Shown in pieces: positions 12,240-24,994 of a stretch of DNA of 64,000 nt (the stretch's first letter is position 1; every line of letters starts with the position of its first letter). Source of the DNA: Eledone cirrhosa. Lineage: Eukaryota. Made by a program: the position numbers and the translations under genes. The stretch spans positions 8,432,001 through 8,496,000 of the forward strand of contig OZ024758.1 in the NCBI GenBank assembly GCA_964016885.1, given 5' to 3'. A model generated the notes under the pieces. The model had not been told where the DNA came from and did not search any database. It saw nothing but the letters and a program-made list of their open reading frames with translations.

Positions 12240-13224
12240 TTATAACTACACACAGAGGTACACACACACACACACACACTGTATAACTACACACACAGAG
12301 AGGTACACTCACACACACACTGTATAACTACACACACAGAGAGGTACACTCACACACACACTGTATAACTACACACACAGAGAGGTACACTCACACACAC
12401 ACTGTATAACTACACACACAGAGAGGTACACTCACACACACACTGTATAACTACACACACAGAGAGGTACACTCACACACACACTGTATAACTACACACA
12501 CAGAGAGGTACACTCACACACACACTGTATAACTACACACACAGAGAGGTACACTCACACACACACTGTATAACTACACACACAGAGAGGTACACTCACA
12601 CACACACTGTATAACTACACACACAGAGAGGTACACTCACACACACACTGTATAACTACACACACAGAGAGGTACACTCACACACACACTGTATAACTAC
12701 ACACACAGAGAGGTACACTCACACACACACTGTATAACTACACACACAGAGAGGTACACTCACACACACACTGTATAACTACACACACAGAGAGGTACAC
12801 TCACACACACACTGTATAACTACACACACAGAGAGGTACACTCACACACACACTGTATAACTACACACACAGAGAGGTACACTCACACACACACTGTATA
12901 ACTACACACACAGAGAGGTACACTCACACACACACTGTATAACTACACACACAGAGAGGTACACTCACACACACACTGTATAACTACACACACAGAGAGG
13001 TACACTCACACACACACTGTATAACTACACACACAGAGAGGTACACTCACACACACACTGTATAACTACACACACAGAGAGGTACACTCACACACACACT
13101 GTATAACTACACACACAGAGAGGTACACTCACACACACACTGTATAACTACACACACAGAGAGGTACACTCACACACACACTGTATAACTACACACACAG
13201 AGAGGTACACTCACACACACACTG
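12240..13224. repeat. 41-bp minisatellite, about 24 copies
   Basis: Unit ctgtataactacacacacagagaggtacactcacacacaca. Confidence 0.97.
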
Positions 13225-13404
13225 CATTCTTTTCATTTATTCTGAGTCAACGGCCAAAAAGTGAAAAAAATAAAAATAAAACGAGGGTCTCCATCATTTA
13301 TAAGTAAACTCCTCATTTATCCAAGTACTGCCTGTCTCTCTCATGTACCTCTCTATATACCTATGTACCTCTCTATGTAATATTCTCCTCCTTATCTCTA
13401 TCTA

Positions 13405-13890
13405 TCTATAACAACTGATTCTTTTTTTCAAATACCACTTTAGAAGAAGAATCAGGATAGAGAGAGAGGTGCTGTACCCCAGGATGGAGAGAGAGGTGCT
13501 GTACCCCAGCAAGTTTTATGAAAGGTGGGTGAAAGTAGCGAGAATGGCTCGAGTGGTTGGGCCTTCTCTCTTGAGGAAAAAGAGGAAGAGAGGAAAGGGG
13601 TACAAACTCTTCGTACTCCTGGAGATGAGGGTTGCACATTTTTTCGGGGGTATTTGTTACCCATATGAAATGTCTCCCCCTATTGGGGAAAATCGATTAA
13701 TTTTTAAATTGCATTTGTGATAACATTTTACACGTTTTTATTGTATGTAAGCTTCCCCCTTTGTATTGTCCCCTTCTTTTGTGCCCTTGTGGCTAATAAA
13801 GAAACATATCTATCTGTCTGTCTGTCTCTCTGTCTTTCTATCTATCTGTTTTGTCCCCTTCTTGTGTGCCCTTGTGGCTAATAAAGAAAC
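13405..13890 (+). mobile_element. L1/Tx1-like LINE 3' fragment with duplicated tail, in (ATCT)n
   Basis: Coding-like 'FKYHFRRRIRIERE..VLYPSKFYERWVKVARM', then a UTR ending in AATAAAGAAA; second copy at 3920-4045. Confidence 0.55.
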
Positions 13891-14364
13891 ATATCTATCT
13901 CTCTCTATATATATATCTATCTATCTATCTATCTCTCTCTCTATATATCTATCTATCTAACTATATGTCTAACTAGCTATGTATCAATCTAGTAATCTCT
14001 CTCTATATATCTATCTTTCTCAAAGTATCTATCTTATAATCCTAGCCATGTAATATTCTCTCTCTTTCCCTCTCTAACTATCTATATGTCTGTCTATCTG
14101 TCTATCTAACTATCTGTAACTAGCTATGCATCTCTCTCTCTTTCTCTCTCTACATCTTTTTATATCTATCTTATATATCTATCCCTGTAATTCTCTCTCT
14201 GTCTCTCTGTCTGTCTCCCTCCCCCTCTCAACATATCTATCTACCAACCTATCTATGTCCACTGCTCCTAGCTACTTACAAGAGTAATTAACACGTCAAT
14301 GAAGAATGGGTTCGGCTGGAAAGAACTGGCAGAACCTTTCTAGAAGGACAGTAAAGCTGTTAGT

Positions 14365-14395
14365 GACGCCACCTGCAGGCCGCCATCTTCTGGCA
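14365..14395 (-). promoter_or_regulatory. Tandem CTCF-like motifs overlapping a YY1-like motif
   Basis: Minus strand CCAGAAGATGGCGG and CCTGCAGGTGGCGT versus consensus CCASYAGRKGGCRS; AAGATGGCGGC is YY1-like. Confidence 0.4.
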
Positions 14396-14667
14396 GTGAG
14401 GTGAGAAAATTGACAACTTGATAGATATATACTTCACACTTGCTCCTGGCCAAGAGAGACACCCACATATACGACTTCCCCTACCCAGGGGACACGGTCC
14501 AGCTCTCTAGCATGCAACATGCCAGCTATGAGGAGAGCAGCTAAAGCACTGAGAAGTAATCACAAATCCACAAAAAGAAATTACAACTACAACATCAACA
14601 ACAACAACAACAACACCAACAGCAATGATGATAACAACAACATCAACACCAACAACCATGATAATAA

Positions 14668-15065
14668 TTGTTTCTACTTTGGGCACAAGGCCAGCAATTA
14701 CCCCAGTGTATTACTGGTACTTTATTTTATCGACCCCCGGTAAGGATGAAAGGCAAAGATTTGAACTCAGAATGGCAAGGGCCGTAACTCTATGCGTCAA
14801 AGCTTGGCGTCCGACCCTCTACCGATCCTGCCAATCCAAATGATAATAATGGTTTCTGATTTAGGCACAAGGCCAACAATATTTGGGGGAGGGCGAAGTC
14901 AATTAAATCAGGCCCAGTACATTACTGGTACTTTATTTTATCAACCCTGTAAGGATGAAAGGCAAAGTTAACCTCAGAGGGATTTGAACTCTGAATGTAA
15001 AGGGTCACAACTCTATGCTGCAAAGCAGGGTTTCCAATGTTCTACTGATACTGCCAATCCACCAC
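14668..15065 (-). mobile_element. Two tandem tRNA-derived SINE copies
   Basis: Same family as 56947-57129. Confidence 0.8.
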
Positions 15066-15159
15066 CCTCTCTAACAACAACAACAACATCAGCAACAACA
15101 ATAACAACAACAACAACGTTAGTCTTCTGTTTTATTATTTTCAATCCTGATATATATAA

Positions 15160-15610
15160 GATGGCTTCTCACAAACTTAGACACTTCTGTAAGGTTCAGC
15201 ATTTTGAGATCAGCTTTAACCATCTCTGCCTAGGATTTTCTGAGTCATCCTCTACTGCATCTACCTTCCACTGGCATCTTTTGACATGTCTTCACCCAGT
15301 GTTCATCAGCCATATACATTACATGCCCATACCAGTGTAGTCTTCTCTTTGGACACTACATCTGCTTCCTCTTACACTCCAGTCCATCCTAGATCTGTTG
15401 TTTATACATATTAACATTACACATCCAGCACAACATGCTCACTTCATTTCTCTCCAGCCTCTGTATATCCTCTACATTTACTGCCCATGTTTCACTACCA
15501 TGTAACGTCATACTTCTTATGCAAGCATCATACAATCTACCTTCACCGAGAGAGAAAATCCCTCTGTTGTCAGCATAGTTAGAAGCTCCCTAAACTTGTT
15601 CAGCTTGTTA
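15160..15610 (-). mobile_element. RTE-clade LINE fragment
   Basis: Minus strand translates ..KFRELLTML..GRLYDACIRSMTLHGSETWAVNVEDIQRLERNEVSMLCWMCNV (RTE post-RT region). Confidence 0.8.
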
Positions 15611-15618
15611 TTCTAACG

Positions 15619-15881
15619 CAGTCATGGGCAACCTGCGGCCTAAGTCATCTAAGTGAAATCTTTCTGATGTTTTTACCCCAACTTTTCAGTCGTAATTTAT
15701 CTTTCTATCATTTTTACGATCGAGGAAAACAACATGTACGAATTCTGAAGAGACAAATCAAAACAACCTGAGTTACCACCCTTTTTTTAATGTGGGCACG
15801 AATGTAAATTAGTGCTTGTGGCCCCTAATGATGAGCCATATCTCATGCAGCCCGCTTCTCGAAAAAAGTTGCCCATGCCTA
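15619..15881. mobile_element. hAT-type MITE inserted in the RTE fragment
   Basis: TIRs CAGTCATGGGCAAC / GTTGCCCATGCCTA; 8-bp TSD ttctaacg / ttctaact. Confidence 0.8.
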
Positions 15882-15949
15882 TTCTAACTACTATACTTTC
15901 AGTTTCCATCTACTAAATCCACTAAATCAACTCACAAGACATTGGTCAG

Positions 15950-16110
15950 TTTGACTATGAAGGAGTAATGCTAGAGCTGTGAAATCTTGCATGCATTAAT
16001 TTCAACTCTTTTTATCTATTTCCATTGACTATGTTTAAAAATAAACCTCATTTGGTCATTCCATGAGAGTATCTTGGTCAGCCTATGAACCTTTCAGCCA
16101 ACCCTCTTAT
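15950..16110 (+). mobile_element. Tc1/mariner-type MITE (other copies at ~20005-20190, 24475-24632, 29044-29225, 32722-32895, 47812-48083, 56633-56834)
   Basis: Shared core gatgctagagctgtgaaatcttgcatgcattaatttcaac; TIR-like ends tacgagg..gctgaaaagttcatagg / cctatgaacttttcagccaaccctc. Confidence 0.75.
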
Positions 16111-16440
16111 ATGGCACCATGAGCAAGTTTCTTCTGCCATAGACCTGGGTTGATCAAAGCCTTTGTTGTGAAATTTGCTAGACAGAAATTGTGAGTGAGT
16201 GTGCGGGAAGACTGAATTGGTGCAAACATCCTTTCAGACCAAGTTAGTCCCATTTTGCCCAGAGCATCATTGATTTTTTTTTGTCCCAGACAAAATCAAT
16301 AAAATGTTAGGTCAATATAATCAATTAAAAGAATTCAAGTCATATTCATAATCCAATTGATGATTGAAATCAATAAAAAGACTAAGTTCCAGAGTATGTA
16401 CATGTACCATGATGGAACTGGATGTAAAAAATATACTTAC

Positions 16441-16502
16441 TCATGTCAACAGCTTTAAGACAATTTTCAGGGTCTGTAACCATATTCCGATCGACATTGT
16501 GT
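16441..16502 (-). CDS. ERAL1: ERAL1 exon
   Basis: 62 nt, phase 2-1, tttcag / gtaagt; (K)HNVDRNMVTDPENCLKAVDM, in frame with both neighbours. Confidence 0.92.
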
Positions 16503-17389
16503 CTGAAAGGGGTTAAGGGTGAGATTTTAGTGGAAAATATCTGGTCTTTTGTTAATCAGCCACAGGGAAGAAATATATTAAAGACCAACAATGAAACTGT
16601 GACAGTTGATTTTGGAGATTGTCAGCTATTCAGAAGGGGGACAGGTGTAACAAAAACAGGAGTTTCAAAGCATGTCACTGTAAATGTTTCTAAATCTGAG
16701 GGTGTACCATTGGGAAGTAGAGAGGCTGTGTCATCCAGGACCCACTTCTTAGTGACGAGCCCACATTGATTACTGGTTACATTGAAAATAACACCACTTT
16801 GTTCCTTATCATCCTAATGACTTTTTCTTTCTATTCTTCTTCTTCTTTTTACACAAAAGACAACAGTCCGAAACATTGATGTCTCTTCCTTGTATTCACC
16901 ACAAAATAGATTGACTTTCTACAACAGTTAGCGCCCCCCCCCCCCCCCCCCATTTTTGTTTGTGAGTAAATTTTTTTTCTTATACTGCGCTAACCCAAAC
17001 CCTGATTACCATACAACAGTAAGTCTGCTGCTGAAGGACTCAAAGATGAAAAGTCAAAGTAAAATTAGTAAGGATAAAGGTCAATGAGATTGGTGTTGGT
17101 GTTGTTTAGTACCAGGTCAACCTGATCAAGCAGACCAATGAAGAATTCAAGCCGTGGTCAGTCTTTGTATTTTTTTTTGGGGGGGGGGGAGGTATATCTA
17201 AAATTACATTATCCAATGAGTACTTTCCATCATCATCATCATCATCATTTTATGTCCCCTTTCGACACTGCCATGGGTTGGACAGGTTGTCCTGTTTCAT
17301 GACCAGACAGGCTGGAGTGATCAATCCTGCTTGCTACATTTCATATCTGGCATGGTACTTTGTTGGATGTAGATCGTAAATGCGAGGGA

Positions 17390-17695
17390 AAGGATGAACT
17401 GAGGGAGAAACTGGGTTTAAGAGGAATCTGAAGTGGTGTGTAAGAGAGAAGACTGTGATGGTATGCACATGGATGGTGATTGCTGGGTGAAGAAGTGCTT
17501 GGAAATGCCAGTGGAAGGAAGCTGCAGTAGAGGTAGATCAAGGAAGACCTAGGGAGAGGTGATGAGAGCTGATCTAAAGTCGCTGAGACTCACAGAAGAG
17601 ATGACAAAGGAATGCAGCAAGTGGAGAGATGCTGTGTTGAAAAGGAGTCATCCAATTCATGCAAGTGTGGAGAAACGGATGTGATGATGATGATG
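17390..17695 (+). mobile_element. RTE LINE 3' end with (GAT)n tail
   Basis: ELREKLGLRGI...RRL.W...GSCSRGRSRKT-like degenerate frame, then (gat)n. Confidence 0.65.
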
Positions 17696-17837
17696 AATAG
17701 AGTGAGAGATGAGAAATATTTGGCTGTTATTTCTAACATGTCAAACAACCACATAAAGGTTTTCTTATCATTGTTATTGTTGGTGAGGGAAGTGGATTGA
17801 CAGTATCGATAGAACTTTGTGGCATAGAGTTACGACT

Positions 17838-18493
17838 GTTGTGTTGTTGTTGATAGTGTTGTTGGTGTTGTTGATAGTGTTGTTGAGGTTGTTGGTGTTG
17901 TTGATAGTGTTGGTGGTGTTGTTGATAGTGTTGTTGGTGTTGTTGATAGTGTTGTTGAGGTTGTTGGTGGTGTTGTTGTTGTCAATAGTGTTGTGTTTGT
18001 AGTAGTGAGGATCATGTTTGTAGTGGTGATAGTGTTGTTGATAGTGTTGGTGATGGTAGTATTGGTGGTGTTGGTGTTGGTGATGGTGTTGGTGGTGTTG
18101 TTGTTGTCGATAGTGTTGTGTTTGTAGTGGTGATAGTGTTGGTGGTGGTGGTGTTGGTGGTGGTGTTGGTGATGGTGTTGGTTGTGGTTGTGTTGGTGTT
18201 GGTTGTGTTGGTGGTGTTGGTTGTGTTGGTGTTGGCGATGGTAGTATTGGTGGTGATGGTGTTGGTGATGGTTGTGGGTGGTTTAGTTGGTGTTGGTTGT
18301 ATTAATGGTAGTGATGGTGGTGGTTGTAGTGATAGTGTTGGTGGTGTAGTTGTTGTTTGGTAGTGTGATAATGGTAGCAGTAAAGGTAGTAATGTTGATT
18401 GTTGTTGTTGTGGTGGTGGTGGTGGTGGTGGTGAGGACAATGGAAGAAGAGGAGGAGTATGAGGTAGAGAGAAAAGATGAATTCCAAGAAGCT

Positions 18494-18527
<34 letters not shown>

Positions 18528-18945
18528 GTTAGTCAGAGCAGAGGTATGAAGGTGTGAAGAGATTGTCACTATACCTACCCCCCCCCCCCCCACACCACCA
18601 CTACCCCCCCCCCCCCCCCCCCCCACACACACCCCGTCATACCATCAACACCACCACCAACACCACACCACCACTACCATCATCACCACTGCTACCACCA
18701 TTACCAATATCCCTCCCCCCGTCATACCACCACCACCACCACCATTACCAACATCCCCCCCCCCGTCATACCACCACTACCACTACCACCACCACCACCA
18801 CCACCAACATCATCACCCCTTCCCCCCGTCATACCACCACCATCACCACCACCAACACCACACAACCACCGCTACCACCACCACCACCACCATTACCAAC
18901 ATCCCCCCCCCGTCATACCACCACATCACCACCACCACCACTAAA
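17838..18945. repeat. GTT/GGT tract followed by CAC/CCA tract
   Basis: Direct inspection. Confidence 0.9.
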
Positions 18946-19429
18946 ACCACAATCCCTATTGGGGAGGGAGGGAGGGAAGGGGGAGGAAGAGGGACAGACA
19001 GAGCTCCCAGGAGAAGAGGGGGAGTGGGAAGGTATCTCCTAATACAGCGAGTGAAGGTGTTAATGCACCATATGGCAACATCCCAATGTAGAGGTGGTGG
19101 TGGTGGCAGGGGGTGGGGAGTCCCTTAATGGATATAGAGGAGAGGAGGGAGTGAGTTGCTGTGAGTGGCAGGAGGAGGAGGAGGAGGGAGGGAGGGGGGG
19201 GGGGGTGATGGTGATTTTTCTCTGTAGATGGCTAGCACCCACTGACAGACTGTGGTGGTGGTCATGGTAGTAGAGGCTGCTGGTGAGGAGGGTGATGCTG
19301 TCCAGAATGACTGAGTGGAGGGAATGCTGATGTGGTGGCTAGCATGACAGCTCTAATCTATAAGGAAAGGAACCGGTCAACAGATTTGACCAAGGAAATA
19401 ATATTTCCACTGGTCTGTCCCTCTTACCT

Positions 19430-19952
19430 GCCAGGGAATTGAGCCTGTGGCCCTTACACTCAATAACCCCACAATATATCTCTCAGCCAGGGAATTGAGC
19501 CTGTGGCCCTTACACTCAATAACCCCACAATATATCTCCCAGCCAGGGAATTGAACCTGTGGCCCTTACACTCAATAACCCCACAATATATCTCCCAGCC
19601 AGGGAATTGAACCTGTGGCCCTTACACTCAATAACCCCACAATATATCTCCCAGCCAGGGAATTGAACCTGTGGCCCTTACACTCAATAACCCCACAATA
19701 TATCTCCCTGCCAAGGAATTGAACCTGTGGCCCTTACACTCAATAACCCCACAATATATCTCCCAGCCAGGGAATTGAACCTGTGGCCCTTACACTCAAT
19801 AACCCCACAATATATCTCCCAGCCAGGGAATTGAACCTGTGGCCCTTACACTCAATAACCCCACAATATATCTCCCAGCCAAGGAATTGAACCTGTGGCC
19901 CTTACACTCAATAACCCCACAATATATCTCCCTGCCAAGGAATTGAACCTGT
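19430..19952. repeat. 56-bp minisatellite, about 9 copies, each with a Pol III B-box-like motif
   Basis: Unit gccagggaattgaacctgtggcccttacactcaataaccccacaatatatctccca; minus strand reads GGTTCAATTCCC. Confidence 0.9.
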
Positions 19953-21653
19953 TATAGGACTCTTGTGTTCTATCAACGAGTCATTGGTTGATCTGCTCAA
20001 TACAGCATAGGCTGACCAAGATACTCTCATGGAATGACCAAATGAGGTTTATTTTTCAACATAGTTCCTAGAAAGAAACAATGCAGTTATTAATAAGAAG
20101 AAGAGTTGAAATTAATGCATGCAAGATTTCACAGCTCTAGCATCACTCCGTCATAGACAGACTATGAACTTTTCAACCTACCCTTATAGATGCATGATTT
20201 TTTGCTAATCATCATCATCATCATCATTTTACGTCCACTTTTCCCTGCTTGCAAGGGTGGGACAGGAACTGATTCTGGCTTGATTTCTACAGCTGGATGC
20301 CCTTCCTAACACCAACCTCATTTACAGTGAGTGCTGGGTGATTTTTTTGCCGTGGCACCTACACGTCTACTTTTCAGTGAGTGCTGGGTGCTTTTTTTTC
20401 CGTGGCACCTCGACGATCAGTTTGCAGTGGAATGATAGGGACCCCAGTCCCTATCATCTCATTTCTAGGGCTGAGTTTATAAATAAGTTGACTGGAAAGA
20501 ACTAAGGCAGTGGCAATAAAACTGAAATGTTTGATGGACATGATGTTCTTCCACAAGAAACATATTGGGAAAATAGGTTTGAAGCAGTTTTATTGAACTC
20601 TCTCAATCAAGACAATGAATGAAGTCTATTTTATAAGAACTGGGAAACAATTGAAATATCTTCTGGGAAAGAAAGATAAGAAAACAAGAAAATTAAAATA
20701 AATATACCAATATATATATGTATGTGTGTGTGTGTGTGTGTGTAGACATAAAAAATACACCAGAAAAAAATGAAAAGGTGTAGACACACAGACACATACA
20801 AACACATACACACTCATTTACACACACATGCATATATACACAGACACACAAACACAACATAATGGAGAAAAAGTAGAAATAGAAGAGGGACAAGTAAATA
20901 AAAAAAGAAAAAGTTATGTTGAATTAACCAGCTGGGTTTTTACTTGCGGCTGATATGACATAGTGGTAGATCTTCTCACAGAGGTCCACAGAAGAGATTA
21001 GCACAAAAATGGAACACCATTTATGAGGAAGACAAACCAAACAGTTGAAAACAAGCCAAAAAAAAAAAAAAAATGTTAGCGGGGGGAGGGTGGGGGGAAT
21101 TTGTAGGAAAAATTGTCTCCGATAGGTGTGAAACTTTTGGGATGAGAGAAAAATATCTGCAGAGTGTTGGGTTTTGACGAAAGAGGAGAGAATGAAAACA
21201 GTTAAAGCATGTAATTTTCACAGTTGCTGTTTAGAAGAAGTCTTTTAGCTATTTTTCCTAGGAAGAGTTGATTAAAGAAGTTTTCTGTTTATTATTTACC
21301 ACTTAAGACAAAATAATAGATGTACATGTAGGCACAATCTCGTTGACCTAGGTAAACAAGAAAAACAGACTTACTTTCATTACATATTTTTTTCTAGATT
21401 GAGAGTGAATGCAACAGAGGTGACAAGGATGTGGTAAAAACATGAAGCAGGTATTAATAAATATGTTATATAATATCATGATTATTTAGCTATATTACTA
21501 AATCTTTCCAAATGTGTAGGTAAATGTGTAAGCATGAATATCGGTGACTTATACCATTGCAATCTGCCAAACAGCGTTCACCCATGTTGTTTTGACATAT
21601 TATTGAGGAGTGGTGTTATGGATATATAAAGATGAAGATATTATTAGTTAGAG

Positions 21654-21821
21654 TGGTACTTTATTTTATCGACCCGGCGGGATTTGAACTCAGACGTCCC
21701 TTTACGGTCTGAGTTCAAATCCCGCCGAGGTTTACTTTGCCTTTCATCCTTACGGGGTCGATAAAATAAAGTACCAGTAATGCACTGGGTAATTGCTGGC
21801 CTTGTGCCAAAAGTAGAAACA
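21654..21821 (+). mobile_element. SINE copy with inverted (fold-back) 5' part
   Basis: 18-bp TSD attattagtt(a/g)gagtggt at 21640 and 21822; nested inverted arms. Confidence 0.8.
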
Positions 21822-22635
21822 ATTATTAGTTGGAGTGGTGTTAGTAAAAATAGCAGTAAAACCACCCTTGGTTCTACAATGCAGAACTGTTTATTAGAAA
21901 GTGTTTATATTTATCTAAAAACTTTCCATTGTAATTTTATTTAAGACTCTTTGTTAAGATATGCTCCAGATAAATAATGAGAAAGTTTGTGATATTATCA
22001 AATCCCTCTAAATTCTTGATTATTTTCAAAATGTTTCGAAAATCATAGACAGTTTTTCATTAGAAATATTGTAATGAAATATAGTGGTGGTGGTAATGAT
22101 AGTAGTAGAATTAGTAGTAGCAGTAGAAACAAAATTTGTAGTAAAATCGACATTGATATAAACCCATCTTTTTTCATTCAGTGGATTTATATGCTCCATT
22201 ATTAGACTATATTATATATATCGACCCCGTAAGGATGAAAGGCAAAGTTAACCTCGGCGGGATTTGAACTCAAAAAGTTACGTGTTTTTGTCATGGCACC
22301 AGTAATACTACTGCCTTACAGTGCAGACTGGGTGCTTTTCTTCATGGCAAGAGCATTACCACTTTACAGAGTGAGCTGGGTGCATCTTTATCATGGCACC
22401 ATCACTAGAGAGGTGTTGACAGGTATGGGAGGTGGGGGCATTGTAACACTGTGAGAGAAGCAGTAACGAGTCATATGGGTGGTCTTGGAGAGAGTGAATT
22501 GCATCTAGTGGTATATTGCGAGATGTACCTAACTTTCCATGATGGCATGGGTTGGACAAGGGAGTGAATCAGGTATGTGGATGGGAGTATGTATATATAT
22601 ATACATACATATATATATAAATATGTGTGTGAAGC

Positions 22636-22886
22636 TGCGTGGCTGAGTGGTTAGAGAATGGGATTGGTAATCGTGAGGTTGTGATTTCGGTTCTCAGACA
22701 GGGCAATGTGTTATGTCCTTGAGCAAGACACTTTATTTCACATTGCTCCTTCTGTCTGGATTTGCGACTGACAGATACTATTAAAAATTGGAAAGACCGA
22801 TAGAAACATTGTTTACTCGGTTTGATTTGACGAGCTTCCCCCCATTCGTTAAGCAAATGAGGCCTGGGATCTTGTCAACTGACTGA

Positions 22887-22890
<4 letters not shown>
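22636..22890 (+). mobile_element. Second tRNA-derived SINE family (also ~5740-5930, 29640-29770 rev, 43153-43290, 55420-55490 rev)
   Basis: A-box-like GGCTGAGTGGTT head and shared gtccttgagcaagacactttatttcacattgctcc. Confidence 0.75.
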
Positions 22891-22929
<39 letters not shown>

Positions 22930-24890
22930 CAGAAAGCAATCTTAAGATATTTAAATTTTCCTATAACTGCAGCCCTTTTAAATGCCATCAGGTAGAAGAG
23001 ACACTATCTCCAGAAAATTATGCTAGTGCGGTAGAATCGGCAATATCTCCAGAACATTTTGGTCTAATCTGAAGTAATATTGTGAAAATATCTGATAGTA
23101 TCTTGAAACTGAACTTAGTCATTGTCAATCTTTCCAGGCCACAGAAAAACCAATCAGTGAAAGCCGCAGATGGTTTGTGAAAGAAGTTGAAGATGGCTGA
23201 GATGTTTTGTGAAGAAGAAATGTGACTGATAGAAGAGATAAAGAGCAAGATGACATGGAGACAGTTTGAGGCAGTGGTGATGACAGAAAGGAATGGAAGC
23301 AAATATATTTAAGGTTGATGGAGGGGGGGAGGTAGTTGAGGAAGAGGTGGTTATGTCTTTCAGAAAAAGAAAAAAAAGGAGAAGAAAAGAAACTCAGATC
23401 TTATGGATAGGTCTTGTTAGAGATGCAGTACTGTCTGAATAAATGTGGATTTGTCTGTGCTGCTGAGCTCTTTTCTATGTCAGCCACCCTGCCCTGAAGG
23501 GGCATGAGCAGTGCAAGAACAAACAGTCTGTGAGATAAGAATCAGCATGGAAATTGACAATTCCAAGAATTTATTCTTTACACTGCAAATGTGCCAAAGC
23601 TATTCGTCAGAAGTTGCTTTCGAAACTCTGAACATAGTTTGTGGTTGACGTAAGGTGTCAACATGAAACGATGAATTATCATCGTCAAAGTTGTCATAAT
23701 TGCTTCTTTGCAACAGTTTTTCCTTTCCATTATCATCAGCTCTTTTTTAAATTTTAATCCAATCTTACCAGAAGTATTTAAAGAAAACTTAATTTTTATA
23801 TATATATATATATACTTTAATGACTTATTTTTTTAATTACCTATTGTTACCCATTTGAAAAGCCCATATCTTCTTAGCAAGTTCCACTATTGAATAATGG
23901 TTCTAGTTAGGATTGGCACCCTTTATTCTGTTATAGATATGAAGTATGATAATTAGATAAAAGCATAAAGAAGTTGAGACAAGAGTTATTTTGTGTGAAA
24001 ATAACAGACAGCTGTTGATTCTTCCTCTTGTTGTTTCCAAAATGTCTAGTTACAGGAAAGATCAAAGCATTTTGTCTAAGTTTCTTGGTTTGAAATTATC
24101 CAAAATAATTTTAAAAAAAAATTGTTAATATCACACACTTTACAAACCTTATACCTATGATCATTTCTTGATGACTTTCCCTGTGGAGAACTGAATACAC
24201 CTGTATTTACATTTTATTTCACTAAAAAGTTTAACTTAACATTCTATACTTTAGAGGAGGATGTTACATTTGGAATAACTAAAGTGAGCCTTCTTAAAAT
24301 AGAAGAGCATTCTCTCTCCCATTCCAACATATAACATAACCATTAATATTATCCTTTGTTAAATGTCACAGTAATGTCATTATATATCTAACAAATCGTA
24401 CATACTTATAAAACTTTCCTTAAATTAAGGCTCAATACAAGACCAAAACAGACAGGAGACACATCAGACATAACTACGAGGCTCAGCTGAAAAGTTCATA
24501 GGCACACTATGAAGGATTGATGCTAGAGCTGTGAGATCTTGCATGCATTAATTTCAACTCTTCTTATTAATTACTGCATTGTTTCTTTCCAAGGACAATG
24601 TTGAAAAATAAATCTCATTTGGCCATTTCATGGTAGATTTTAATTTAAATTGAAAACTTTTAAAATGGGTGATTTTATTTCTCAGAATCAGAGCTGGTTT
24701 TGGCTCGGCTGGTAACTAAGTACCAAATAGCCTTTGGCTACCACTGTAGTCACTTGACCGGCCAGAATTAACAACCAAATCTCCTATAAATCACACCCTT
24801 CATACAATCTTAACAGACAACAATAATAACAACAACCACAACAACCTGAAAATATTCTTTAGGTAAAACTAGAAACACAGTAGCACTTAC

Positions 24891-24937
24891 TTTGTATAAC
24901 TCTTAGAAGTAATGAGTCCAGGAGTATCAATAAAAAC
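24891..24937 (-). CDS. ERAL1: ERAL1 exon, G3 motif
   Basis: 47 nt, phase 0-2, tgtag / gtaagt; VFIDTPGLITSKSYT(K) with DxxG. Confidence 0.95.
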
Positions 24938-24994
24938 CTACAATAAACAAAATAACATGTCCATGAAAAGTTGAGGAAAAATAGGAAAAAAAAA

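Noticed and set aside
22636-22705. tRNA-like sequence
   Set aside because: It is the head of a multi-copy SINE and has no intact cloverleaf.
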